Positions 40,406-53,711 of a stretch of 64,000 nt of DNA are shown here, in pieces (the stretch's first letter is position 1; each line of letters opens with the position of its first letter). The stretch is from contig NC_086383.1 in assembly GCF_036588685.1 (NCBI RefSeq), positions 46,128,001 to 46,192,000 on the forward strand, read 5' to 3'. Below the pieces are notes generated by a model. It made no database searches, had not been told where the DNA came from, and saw only the letters and a list, made by a program, of their open reading frames with translations. The translations under genes and the position numbers were made by a program. This stretch comes from Mytilus trossulus (lineage: Eukaryota).

Positions 40406-42479
40406 GGCTAAAATAAAAAAAGAATAATGACGGAATATTGCAATTAATTTCATATTCTTTTGATATTTCAAGTTTATTTTCAACGAAAAGTTATCGTAGA
40501 TCAAAATGTATGCAGTAATTAAAGTATAAATCGTTTTCTCGTTCGGACTGTTACACATTGTCGGGACAATATAGGATTTTTTTCAGTATACGGATAAGGG
40601 ATAGTAAACTGCACATTGCTAGAAACGAGGAAATATTGATGTCATCGTCAAATACATTAATAAAGTAATACAAATAGACAGGAAATACTAAAAAAAATAT
40701 AAAAAACATTCATTCACAAAATTTTCATCTGCTAACCGAGTCCCTGTGGAAAGAGCTAGTGCGGATGATTATTGTAAAACAGACTTGTTATAAAATCCTT
40801 CAAGAACAGTTAATTCCAGTGGCTGATCCTGTGGAAACAGAGGGCAGGCAACCCCTTTTATCCCAACCCCAAAACAAAAAATATCAGGTTTTCCACGACA
40901 TTTATAACTATTAGGTATAGAATCGCCCATTTTTTTCAATTGTCGGGAATTCAGCCCCCACGTTAAAAATCCCAGGCCCCCTATTAATTATACTGCAGTC
41001 TTACCTTCAAGTCGGTTGTTGTGCAGATTGACGAGAAATCTGTGGCGGGTGAATTAATATGGCATACGGTAGTATAATATATATATAATATTCCGACTCT
41101 TTTGTACAAGCACGATGTTTATTGTGTCCACTGTCTCCTCATCACAATGGAATTGTTAGTCTTTACAGGATGTTATAACTACAAGAAATATATATTATTT
41201 GCTGAATCAGAAGTCTAATGTATAGTCTCATTATCTTAATAATAAAAGAATGAATTATTTGTTTGTCTATATGAATTAAAGTTCTGAATACCTTTATTTA
41301 TCAAAACATTAACACAACGCAATGTGTAATCTTTTTAATTGTAGCAGAATAAAAGGCCAATTGTTTACAAATTGTCAAGTGGGCCATTTAAATGCTTTGT
41401 TTATTGTCCAAAAGATGTATAGCTGAGATACCGTTACATTTCACTATGTCAGACATTCATAAGTTCATATATACAATAATACAAGATAAATATCCAAATT
41501 ATTACACAGGGAAATGTCTTTTAAGAATCACTGCTCGCTTAGATTTTGACGGTAAGTTTATCTCTTCATATCAATATTCTAATAGAAAAAGATCTTTGGC
41601 AAACAGAACTCTATTGAAGGTCTCCTAACATTTAAGTTTTTTATTATTATATTTTAACGAAGGAAAATAAAAAAGAGTTAAGACACTATTGTCGTTGTCT
41701 TTGCAAACATATTCTTGTAATTTCTTTTATATTAAAATTTTTACAAGCATTCCATTTCAAACTTTTCCTCTTGACCATGATCATAATTCGCTTGTCAGTA
41801 TAGCAATATCCATAACTTGAGTTACGTGGCTAGCGATGTTGAATATTATTTACGGAGACATGGTTACAATTTTTCTTTCTTTGGGTTTTGTTAAATTTTT
41901 ATTGGTCTATAATTACTTGATATGATAACGATTATTGAGTTCAAATTATTAATTGTAATATTTGCATCAAAACGTACTGACTTCTAGGCGGTAAATAAAA
42001 ACCACCAAAAGGATGCGACGGACATGTATTTTTTAATTATCATATTTGTTTTTCTATTTGAATCAAATTTTTAACGTTGGCACTAATGTGTGTATGTTTA
42101 CTAGCATGCTGCAATGTGCATGTTACTGTCCATTTCCGCATATACGGATTATTCAGTATACATATATTGTAAAGAATCATCCAAAACAAGAGACTCACCC
42201 GTGCACAAGAACTAGAATGTCTTGAATTTATGGTCATTTGAATTTTTTTTCGATTGAAAGTTTTGTACAAGTCTTTCTATTATAATTTCTCAAAGAAAAA
42301 CTATTACTGGAATAGAATTTTAAGGTGATTAACTGCTATAAGGAATCAATTGGTGAATTCAGTCTATAAACTTATTGCTAAATCTTACTTTTAACTCCAG
42401 AATGGGTTGTCAATTTAGTCTTACTCGATATATTAGCCAAAACCTCCATATTATCCCCATCTTATTTTGTTTTATCACT

Positions 42480-44790
42480 GCCATAAGGTTTTTCTACCTC
42501 ATGATTAGATTACTTAGCTGTATTTGGCAAAACTTTTAGGATTTTTTGTTGTCGATCCTCTTCAACATCGTACATTATTTGGCCTTTTAAACGTTTTTGG
42601 TTTCGAGCGTCACTGATGAGTCTTTTATAGACGAAAGGCGCGTCTGGTGTAAATATGAAATTGCGATCCTGGTATCTATGATGAGTTTATTTACAACCAC
42701 TGGGTCGGTGCCAATGCTGGTGGTATTACCTGCCCAGTAGTCAGCACTTGTGTGTTGACTTGAGTTATCATTGATAAGTTCATAATTATAAATTTACTGT
42801 GAACAAAATGTTGATTTTTTGAAATACTGAGGCTTTTCAAATTCAGGAACAGATTACCTTAGCTGTATTTGGAAAAACTTTTAGGAATTTGGGTCCTAAT
42901 TGCTCTTCAACTTCGTACTTTATTTGGCCTTTTTAACATTTTTTTATTCAAGCGTCACTGATGAGTCTTATGTAGACGAAATCCGCGTCTGAAGTAAATA
43001 TGAAATCTCAATCTTGGTATGTATGATGAGTGTATTTACAACCACTGGGTCGATGTCAATGCTGGTGGAGATTTATTTCCCCGAGGGTATCACCAGCCCA
43101 ATAGTCAGCACTTTTGTTTTGACCTAAGTAATCATTGACATGTCCATAATTATAAATTTACCTTTTAAAATTTTTTGAATTTTTGAAATACTAAGGCTTT
43201 TTCTAACTCAGGAATATAATACCTTAGCTGTATTTGGCAAACCGTTTAGGAATTTTGGTCCTCAATGGTCTTCAACTTCGTACTTTATTTGTCCATTTTA
43301 ATATTTTTTATTAGAGTGTCACTGATGAGTCTTTTGTAGACGAAATGCGCGTCTGGCGTTAATATGAAATTGCAATCCTGGTATCTATAATGAGTTTATT
43401 TACAACCACTGGGTCGATGCTACTGGTGGTGGAGATTTGTTCTCCGAGGGTATCACCAGCCCAGTCAGCACTTCTGTGTTGACTTGAGTTATCATTGATA
43501 TGTTCGTAATTATAAACAAGAGTGCAAACGCTAAATGTCTCGCCTTCATTTCTAATCATTGATATTATGTATAGTCCTAAATATAAAGCTTTATTACAAC
43601 TGTCACCTAAACTTAACATTTACCAATGGACCATATAAAAATAAGGTCAAGGTCAGATGGACAATGCCATGCAGACATGTACAGCTAACAATTCTTCCAT
43701 ACAACAAATATGGTTGACCTATTCCTTATAGATTAAGAAAAACAGACCAAAACATAAAAACTTAAAACTGAGCAATGAACCGTGAAAAAGAGGTCATGGT
43801 CAAATAAAGTGTGCGCAACTGACAATTAGATCATAACCTATTTCCATACATCAAATATAGTTGACCTATTGCATATAGATTTAGAAAAAAAGAACAAAAC
43901 TCAAAAACTTAGCTTTGACTATTAAACCATGAAAATGAGATCAAGGTCAGATGACACCTGCCAGCTAGCTATAGACATGTACACCTTACCATCATTCCAT
44001 ACACCAAATATAGTAGACCCTTTGCATACAGTATACGAATACAGACCAAAACACGAAAACTTAACAATAACCACAGAACCATGAAATTGAGGTCAAGGTC
44101 AGATGACACCTGCCAGTTGGACATGTACACCTTACAGTCCTTCCATACACCAAATATACAAGACCTATTGCTTATAGTATCTGAATTATGAATTTGACCA
44201 CCAAAACTTAACCTTGTTCACTGATCCATGAAATGATGTCGAGGCCAAGTAAAACCTGTCTGGCGGGCACGAGGAGCTTGCAAGGTACGCACATACAAAA
44301 CATAGTTATCCTATTACTTATAATAAGAGAATATTAAACATTACAAAAACTCTTAACTTTTTAATCAAGTAGTCACTGAACCATGAAAATGAGGTCAAGG
44401 ACATTGGACATGTGACTGACAGAACTTTGTAACATGAGGCAACTATATATAAAGTATGAAGTATCCAGGTCTTCCACCTACTAAAATATAAAGCTTTTAA
44501 GAAGTGAGCTAACACCTCTACTGCTGCGTAGGATCACTATCCCTATAGTCGCAGGCTCGACAATCAACTGCGAACAAATTGTTGAATTTTTGAAATACTA
44601 AGGCTTTTCTACCTCAGGGATAGATTACCTTAGCTGTATTTGACAAAACTTTTTAAGAATTTTGATCCTCATTGCTCTCCAACTTCGTACTTTATTTGGC
44701 TATTTTAACATTTTTTTATTTGAGTGTCATTAATGAGTCTTTTGTAGACGAAACGTGCATCTGGTGTAAATATGAAATTTCAATCTTGGT
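42480..44790 (+). mobile_element. Older retrozyme array (~4 units of 345-364 bp) interrupted by a HINE-like insertion
   Basis: Hammerhead motifs at 42607-42650, 42952-42995, 43316-43359 (intact) and ~44724-44767 (core mutated to UUAAUGA). Confidence 0.82.
43516..44562 (-). mobile_element. Non-autonomous Helentron/HINE-like element with internal ~150-bp tandem repeats
   Basis: It interrupts a retrozyme unit, and an aggtcaaggtcagatg motif recurs about every 150 bp. Minus-strand termini are TTGTCGAGCC ... GGCGAGACA..CTCTTGTTT. Confidence 0.65.
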
Positions 44791-45398
44791 ATCTATGATG
44801 AATTTATTAATTAAAACTGGTCTATTCACTCAACACGAGTGAGGCTATCCATATTCTGTAATGACAGTATCAATTAATTCTTTAAGGCTAGAGCCTATAT
44901 TTCTTTTCTTTTCTTTGTTTCACAGAATATCAAATTGGAAAAAAAGAATAAAACATATTACTTTGATAAAAATAAAAATGCTTCTCAGTTGATTCATACA
45001 TGTATCTGTCATTTTTTTTCCTAGTAAATTGTACATTGCTAGTAAACATACATGTCATTTTCTATACTGAAATGACAATTCTTACAAATGAATTACTAGT
45101 ACCTACTTTACGAAATTTGCATATTTGATTAAAGATCTAGACCGATTGTTTTCTGTTATTTAAAAATCCAAGATGGAGGACGAGAACGTAATGATCGTAG
45201 AGAGGTCGTGATAAAGTCGTGCTCACGTCCACTTGATTCTAGCACGCTCGTGCCGTCCTCATCAAGCTCTTCTTACGACCTGTCTACGTTCGTACTACGA
45301 CTGTTTCGAGTTCTTGTCATGCTCACGTCCACTTGTATTATTTGTCCATCTGTAGAAGCCTTTTCAATGAGAAGACAGACACCTTCATATCTACCTTA

Positions 45399-46980
45399 TA
45401 CCCCAGGCCCACTAGGCCACGATCGCACTACGATCTGTGAAAAAAATGCAAATTTTGACGAGCGTAGTGCGATCGTGTAGATCGGAGTGAGGTCGTTATA
45501 CGGTTGTGGGAAGGTCTTGGAGATCGTGATGAGCGTGGCCAACTTTGAACATGTCCAAAACAAGCGTGGTGCGGTCGTGGCGAAATCAGGTCGTAGTAGA
45601 AGCGTAGTGAGAGCGCAGTAAGGTCGTGGTAAGATGGCAAAGTTCGCTGTACCATCGTAACGAGAGCGTGATTCTATTCCGGGAGACTACGCTACGATCT
45701 CACAGCGACTTTATCACGACCTCTCTACGATCATTACGTTCTCGTCGCGATCCAAAATACGACCATACCACGTTTACACCACGCTGTTCAAGACCATAGT
45801 ACGATTCTAGCACGCTCGTGCCGTCCTCATCAAGCTCTTCTTACGACCTGTCTACGTTCGTACTACGACTGTTTCGAGTTCTTGTCATGCTCACGTCCAC
45901 TTGTATTATTTGTCCATCTGTAGAAGCCTTTTCAACTGATTTTTATAGTTCGTTCTTATCTTGTACTGTCCCAGGTTAGGGTGAGGTTGGAATCCCGTTA
46001 ACATGTTTAACCCCATGTCCCAAGTCAGGAGCCTGTAATTCAGTGGTTGTCGTTTGTTTATGTGTTACATATTTGTTTTTCGTTCATCTTTTTACATAAA
46101 TAAGGCCGTTAGTTTTTTCGTTTGAATTGTTTTACATCGTCTTATCGGGGCCTTTTATAGCTGACTAATTATGCGGTATGGGCTTTGCTCATTGTCGAAG
46201 GCCGTACGGTGACCTATAGTTGTTAATGTTTGTGTCATTTTGGTCTTTTGTGGATAGTTGTCTCATCGGCAATCATACCACATATCTTCTTTTTTATACT
46301 TCCTTCTTCATTTTTTTAAGGTGTCCTCTAGTGATGTTCGATAAACTTCTTAAGCGAGTTGGTCCAAGAATTAAGAAGACGGATACGCTATTTAGAAGAG
46401 CCCTATCGCCTGGTCTTAAACTTGGCATCACTTTAAGACATTCAGCTACTGGTGACAAATATTCGACCGTGCAGTCTGACTTAGCTGCTCGGAATTCTAT
46501 AAGTTAATTTTTTTCCCGAGGTTTGCAATAGTTGAGGAATGTAAAGATGAGGTGATTTCATGTCCAACTGACCCAAATGAGCAGACGAATTTCAGAAGAG
46601 ATGGAGAGCGTAGTATTAAAGATCGCGATATGAGCGTGGTATGGTCGTAATAAGGTCGTGGGAAGAGCGTGCTATAATCCAGTAGAAGCCAACGTGGTAA
46701 GATCGTGTTGCAATTGCATAAATCGTGGTATGGTCGTAGTGAGAACTTGAAGAGCGTAGAAAGGTCTTGATAAGCGTAGTGAGGTCGCAGAATAAGCGTG
46801 GTGAGAACGTGGTATAATCGTAGCAGGATCGTTGTAGAAGCGTAATGAGGACGTAGTAGCATCGTGAAAGCAACGAATATGTACATTTTCATGCCGCTCA
46901 TACCGCGACCTCACCACGATCTGATTTTATTTTAGATCGTGGTGAGCGTAGTGCGATCAAGGTCTAGTGGGACTGGGGCT
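45399..46980 (+). mobile_element. Degenerate PIF/Harbinger DNA transposon with a nested common repeat (~45936-46298)
   Basis: ~34-bp TIRs (CCCCAGGCCCACTAGGCCACGATCGCACTACG / CGTAGTGCGATCAAGGTCTAGTGGGACTGGGG) and TTA TSD. Transposase remnant MFDKLLKRVGPRIKKTDTLFRRALSPGLKLGITLRHSATGD at ~46335-46480. Confidence 0.85.
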
Positions 46981-47399
46981 TTAAAACCAATATCTCATAT
47001 TTTTTCAGGGTTGACTATACATGATTTATAAGTATGACTAATCGTAAATCTCGTTAATTAGCTGTTTAAAGTTTCTCTTTTTCTATAATAGTTTCTAGTC
47101 CCACCCTCTCCAGAAGGGACAGTTTACGATTAACCCTTGGCTATTAACCATGTGCTTTCGCAATTACAACAAATAATGATTATCAAGATTTGAAAGTGAT
47201 TATTGACAATTGATATTTAGCAATGCGAATTCAAACAAAAAAATATATCAGTGACCTTATTCAATCATGATAAAACATGTAATATGACAGAAAATATATA
47301 AACAACCTCTAACAAATGGTACACACAAAATGTTAAACTTAAAAGAGGGGGGGAAATATACTAGACATTCTAGAGTGACATTCAAACTCATAGATCGAC

Positions 47400-48567
47400 A
47401 CTCTTTTTTAAAATAGATACCCTAGTATTATGATTGTTGCCAAGTTTGGTTAAATTTGGATAAGTAGTTTAAGAAAAGATTTTTAAACAAGTTACAAAAA
47501 TGACGAAAAGTTGTTCAATATTGACTATAAAAGGCAATAACTCCTTAAAGGGTCCTCTACCAATTTTGCGCATGCTGACTTATTTGTAGATCTTACTTTG
47601 CTGAACATTATTGCTGTTTACAGTTTATCTCTATCTATAATAATATTCGAGATAATAACCAAAAACTGCAAAATTTTCTTAATATCACCAATTTTAGGGC
47701 AGCAACCCAACAACAGGTTGTCCGATTCAACTGAAAATTTGTTAGGGAATATATCTTATTCTGATGGACATTTAAATCTTAAAAGATTTGCCCTAAATGT
47801 CTTAGTTTCAAAGATATAAAGCAAAAACTGCATTTTACCACTATGTTCTAATTTTAGCCATGTCTGCCCTTTTGTTTGGTAGGCTGGGTCATTGGACACA
47901 TTTTTTAAACTATAAACCACAATGATAATTATGGCCAAGCTTGGTTAAATTTGGCAAAGTAGTTTTAGAGAAGAAGATTTTTTAGAAAAGTTACAAAAAA
48001 TGACGAAAAGTTGTTAAAAATTGACTATAAAGGGCAATAACTCCTTAAGGGGTCGACTGACAATTTTGGTCATGTTCACTTATCTGGAGGTCTTACTTTG
48101 CTGAACATTTAATTTATTGCTGTTTACAGTTTATCTCTATCTATAATAGTATTCAAGATAATAACCAAAAACTGCAAAATTTCCTTAAAATAACTATTTC
48201 AGGGGTAGCAACCCGACCACAGGTTATCCGATTCGTCTGAAAATTTCAGGGCAGATAGATCTTCACCTGATGAACAATTTTACCCCATGTCAGATTTGCT
48301 CTAAATGCTTTGGTTTTTGAGTTATAAGCTAAAAACTGCATTTACCCCCTATGTTCTATTTTTAGCCATGGTGGCCATCTTGGTTGGTTTGACGGGTCAC
48401 GCCACACCTTTTTTTTAACTAGATACCCAAAGGATGATTGTGGCCAAGATTGGTAGAATTTGGCCCCGTAGTTTCAGAGGAGAAGATTTTTGTAAAAGTT
48501 TACGGACGACGGACGCCAAGTGCTGAGGAAAGCTCACTTTGACCTTTCAGGTCAGGTGAGCTAAAAA
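47400..48567 (-). mobile_element. HINE/Helentron-like element with ~500-bp internal duplication
   Basis: The block aagtttggttaaatttgg...aagttacaaaaatgacgaaaagttg is repeated. Terminal hairpin AGCTCAC...GTGAGCTAAAAA with a gacg microsatellite; a related terminus lies at 58717-59110. Confidence 0.65.
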
Positions 48568-50167
48568 GGCAAACAGACAAATAATATTACACTTGACACA
48601 TCAAATAGAAAACTAAAGACTAAGCACCATGAACCCCACCAAAACCTGGGGGTGATCTCAGGTGATAGTTGGCACAACATGAGAACTAACTGTTAATATC
48701 AATTGATACTGTTAACTTACATGTTCATGACATCAAAACTAACTATTCAGTCTGACGATTATCATCCTAATCATCTGATAAATTGATATTAAACTAACAT
48801 AATAATGAAAGGGAATTAAATAATAAATTTAGTCTACAGAAAAAAAATCTTTGACTGTTTTTCAAATAAAGTTTATTTGCATTTACTTCTTTGTACAAAT
48901 GGTGTACAACAAATGCATAAAATTTCATTCATTTTTACATTAACATGATTAAGTAACAATAACATAAAACATTGGATAAATATCTATTAATAATGTTAAT
49001 ACTTTGATTGAAAGTGAACAGAATTGAAAGACAATGGTAATCACCAGACATTTAAAAAAATAATATAACATGATTTTTTTTAATTTTATTTTTTCGTGAC
49101 TTTTTACTTGATAATACATTTTTCAAGCCAGGAACCCACAAATTAAGTCATTTGGAGAATGGGCAGGTTGATTACAGATCTCTCAATTTTTTTTTAAAAA
49201 CACCTTACTATTGTTGAAGATTGTGTTTTGCTCTTTAGATGTCTTTTGGTTATGCATGTTATATTTCTCCTTAAGTCTCATTGACACAAATATAACCCAC
49301 ATCTCCTTTTCTTCATATCTCTGCAAAGTCTACTTACGATTGACTCAAGGTTACAAAAATTTCAGCAAAATGTTAAACATTTTTTTTCATTACAAATTTT
49401 ATCTATAACATTGCTATAAGTTGTTACTATATGATATGGTAAGAAAAATCAACCAAAAAATCAATTTGTTTTTTGCCCCAGATGACTTTTAAAATGTTTA
49501 TATTATTGAAATAGCCCAAAATTATCTCCCTTTGGTCCAAAATACATTTTTTTTTTTGCATTAAAATTGAAATATCTTTTTTTAACTCTTCTGAGACCTA
49601 TTTTTTTCTTATTTTGTTTTCAAACAAGCTGTACTTATTATAGTAGGAAAATAAAATTCTGAAGAATGATTGTATTTTACATGGTGAAAATTTACCAGGA
49701 TATGACATTATTGTATCCAGCTTTGATTTGTCCCAGTCCAACGTAATATTTATTTTCAAGTATGTATATATCAGCAAATGTATACACCCACCCCCCTGAC
49801 ATACAAGTATAGAACAACATATTTACATAAACAATAGGTACATGTACCACACTATTCACTATTCAAAATTCACTCTTGTCTATCATGACTTCCCAATCTG
49901 TGACCGTCTCAGTTGACTAAATGTAGTAATGCATGGATTGTTTTTTTCGTTTGCATCCTGAAATAGACTTTAATTTCAAAAGTGTCACTTATCAATATTT
50001 CTGTCTGTTACCATGGATATCACCAAACTTACTTGCTCTTTTTGCTTAAACATGTAAATACTGATGTGACCTTGTCATTTAAGGATGGTGGGTGAGCAGA
50101 AACATATGAAATTTATATGCTTATGGTTGACAACATACACTACACTCAAATGTTGATGTTGTTACAT

Positions 50168-51901
50168 TCACTTCTTTTTGTCAGAGATATTACATCTTTC
50201 TGATTCACATTCTTCTTTGTCTCTTCCAGTCATTCTGTATCTGTTGACTGCAAACCACTTATAGAATTTATCTGAAGTCTCTTTGATCCCAGGGTATGAT
50301 AACAGTTTAGATAACCAGGTAAGTCCAACTGCATTATACATAACTTTCATTCCTTCCATACTATCATATATCTGGAAAACAGTAAACACAAGTTGTCTTA
50401 ATTTAAATTACATCACATATTCTTAGTCTGATATTAATTTTGATACATGCATGTAGTTTCCTTTATGTTTATGTTGAAATATAAGGAATAATTGTCTCCC
50501 TTTAAATGAATTATTGATATTTAATCTTTAAATTACTGTCAGTATATTACTAAGTAAAAATGTACATGTACTATCTGCTGAACTGTAGCTCTTATATATA
50601 TATAAATCTAATCAGGTCCTTTAGCAGCAGCAGTAGACTTTCCTCACAAATCAGGCAATACAATAAGGACCAAAAGAGTTGGTTCAAAAGTTGACTAAGA
50701 ACCAGAAATGGCTTCAGGTACAAATAAACCAACATTTTTTATGGCAGTTAGTGTTTGCTCATGATCTTTTTCTTTTTGTATTGAGATTTGTAAGGACAAA
50801 AGTTGGTTCCTATTTAATCATGTTAATAAAATTTGCCCTCATTTTGACTTTTTTCTTATTAACACTTGATATAAATATTTTTCTTATTTATTGTTGTATA
50901 TCATGTATAAAGAGTAAGGCATATTTCCAGTACTGATTTTTATTGTGTGTTTGTAATGTATCATATGTATGTTTTGTTTGTCTAATGATCCAGAGAAGGA
51001 AAAGTTACTGTCCTGGTTGCAGTCAGACATACATCATGTATTATCTTACCTCCTATACATTTCTATGAATATGATTGGTTAAAAGCGACCTCGTGGAGAC
51101 CGTGTATATTCAATATTAGGTTAGTAGGGAGGCGGGGCTTATGTCAATACACGGTTTGTAGTGAATTTGCCACTTAGGCACTGTTTGATTATTTAAAATA
51201 TTGAAAGTTCTGTTTAATATTGTTATATCAAGGTTGTTTATTACAGATATTTATCGTTTACATTAGTTTTTTTTTAGTGCAGATCAATTGGAGAAGGTTC
51301 TTTAAATTGAACACCTGAACACTTTAATACAGAAATAAGGAGATGTGTTATGATAGCAAATAAGACAACTTTAGTCTAAATTCAACAAATATAGATAGTC
51401 GGTAAGATAAATTCGTTACATAGTGTGCTAGTGACCTAATATGATATATACAGGGTTTACAAGAAAATTCCATATCGAACCCCATATGGAATTTACTGAC
51501 CCTGTTTATATCATATTAGGTCACTAATACACTATGTAACTAATAGTATTCTATTCAAAATACCAAATACATGTATCACCAGTTAATCATACTTTACATA
51601 CATGAAAATTACCCCAATGATATAAATCCAACAATTGTAATAGTATCTGTTGGAAAGAACTGTTTATAATATAACTTACTTTTGTTACTTCTGGTGTAGA
51701 TTGAGTCTGTGCATTATTTCCATGAGTTACTATCACATGCATTTTACCCATAGCCTGACTATAAGTGATTCCTAAATGATCATCTGGTTTGTATTCTCCA
51801 ACAGTTATATCCACAAAATTCACAACATTGTCCTTCTTGTTTAATTTCTTCATTAAGTTTATTTCAACAGCACAGATAGGACACTGTCCATCATACAAAA
51901 C
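50168..51901 (-). CDS. DCC1-like thiol-disulfide oxidoreductase (DUF393/DCC family); exons 51901-51680 and 50371-50168; 5' exon(s) not located
   Basis: VLYDGQCPIC (DxxCxxC) ... FVDI ... AMGKMHVI ... MYNAVGL.W ... FYKWFAVNRYRMTGR. The phase-0 GT-AG intron runs AAA|gtaagt ... ttccag|ATA. Confidence 0.88.
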
Positions 51902-53179
51902 CTGGGAAAAGACAAAAGAAGATAAGATTAAAACTAAACAAACTTTTACAATGTATGTTAAAAAAAAGATGCATATCACACTTGAAAAAGCAACTAAATA
52001 CATGTACAGTGTTCCAGCTAGGATTTCAAAAGGGCAGGGTGCCAAACCTGAAAAAGGGCATTTAACACATGATAATTGATATGATAATATGAAAAGGGCA
52101 TGTTTTAATAAAGATCAAACATTGTGTTTATTCGTTGAAATCACTGGTTATACAAGAACTACATCATTAGCCCATATAGAACTCTACCTTTCTACTTTTT
52201 AAGCTGAAAAACTTGTCAAGCAGCTTGTCTCACAAGTTTTTAAATCATTGCTTGGTACAGTTGAGCTTTATATGCAGCATGGTTTGAAAGGTGTCCAGTT
52301 TCATATTTCTACCTCTACTGTGCTTAATGGCAATACAGCACAAAACAGCTGTGCTCAGTAAATGCACAATGTTAGGATATGGCAACAGTGAAAATTTGTA
52401 TTAAAAATAAAGAAAACAGAAAAAGATGACCAAGGCACCCTACCAACACTGCTACTAAGACCCTCTTTAACTTTTCCCATAACTCAAAATACCTAAACAT
52501 ATATATTTTTATGCAAGAAGTATGTAGACATATATGTTAAGTGGCTTACTCAATGCTAGAGAAAAATTCAGATTTAGTTATCTTTCTTTATTCAGGTGTG
52601 CTCATTGTATGAAATGTTAAATAACCACTACATGTATTGGTACATGTGTAATACAATGTATAGCTATATGTACTATTTGCTTAAAAATACATGTAATTGT
52701 TATCAACTTTAATTTGATCATGTTGATTCAAAGATTACACCTGAGAGATCTAATAAGTAAGAGTTACATGTAACTTAAGTTTCAAGTTTCAGCTGATGGT
52801 CTAGATGTGGTTTACAGAACAGAGTTAATGGGTTGAAAACCAGAGATAATAAAACTACAGAAAAAAAAAAGAATGGAGAATTATAGCTTTATCATGTATT
52901 TAGTGTGCGATATAAATAACATGAAGAAAAAAAGCATAAACAAAACCTCCTTCAAAGATCTTCATTTATCAAGTTTATTGTTAGCTTAAATTGGGACAGA
53001 TCATAGTTTAGTAGTCTGTTAGCATCAAATGAGGAAAGGATAAATTTCTTGGAATAGTGTGAATATCTTGATAAATACATACTCTTACAAATACTAGTCA
53101 CAAAACTGATCAGAACTTTTGTTGACATGTAGAAAAAAAAAATTGTAATGGTCATCCCCTATATATATAAGCATGATTA

Positions 53180-53432
53180 GGGAGGACATCAAAAGATCAA
53201 TGTAGGATAAAAAAAACTGAATTCAAATAGTTTGGGGGTAGGGGTGGTTAAAATTGCTGCAAGTTTTGTTTATCCAACATCTATTTTTCATACATGTACG
53301 TCATGTATATCTGTATTGGTCAATACATTTTTCCCAAATTAAGTTAAGAGGGGAGAGGGGGGGGGGGGTAGCGAAAAAACTATGTGAAATTAAGTTTTTT
53401 TTTATCCTTCATTAAACTTTTGATGTCATCCC
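53180..53432. mobile_element. MITE
   Basis: TIRs GGGAGGACATCAAAAG / CTTTTGATGTCATCCC, flanked by TTA/TAA. Confidence 0.7.
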
Positions 53433-53711
53433 TAAGAGAGGAACATACAATTTCCAAAAAGCAAACAAATGTTAAATATGGATGAGCAGTTTATAAACAC
53501 ATGATAGAATAAAGAATAATAAAATAATAAACACTAAAAAAACAAAAGAAAAGAGAATAATGACTTGAATGAGGTGATAAAAACTATAGAAAAGAAAATT
53601 ACATGTATATGCAAAAAGTATAAAGAATAGACATAATAGAGATAAATGGTCATAAAAATTGTGACATCACTCACTCAGAACATCGAACAAAGGAAAGGAG
53701 TAACAAGTGGG

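Noticed and set aside
46497-46917. Several overlapping minus-strand ORFs (also 45208-45655)
   Set aside because: They come from the stop-poor TACGA/TCGTA subterminal repeats of the Harbinger element.
52952-53155. Candidate first exon (transit peptide) of the DCC gene
   Set aside because: I could not identify a convincing phase-0 donor or any homology, so it is left unassigned.
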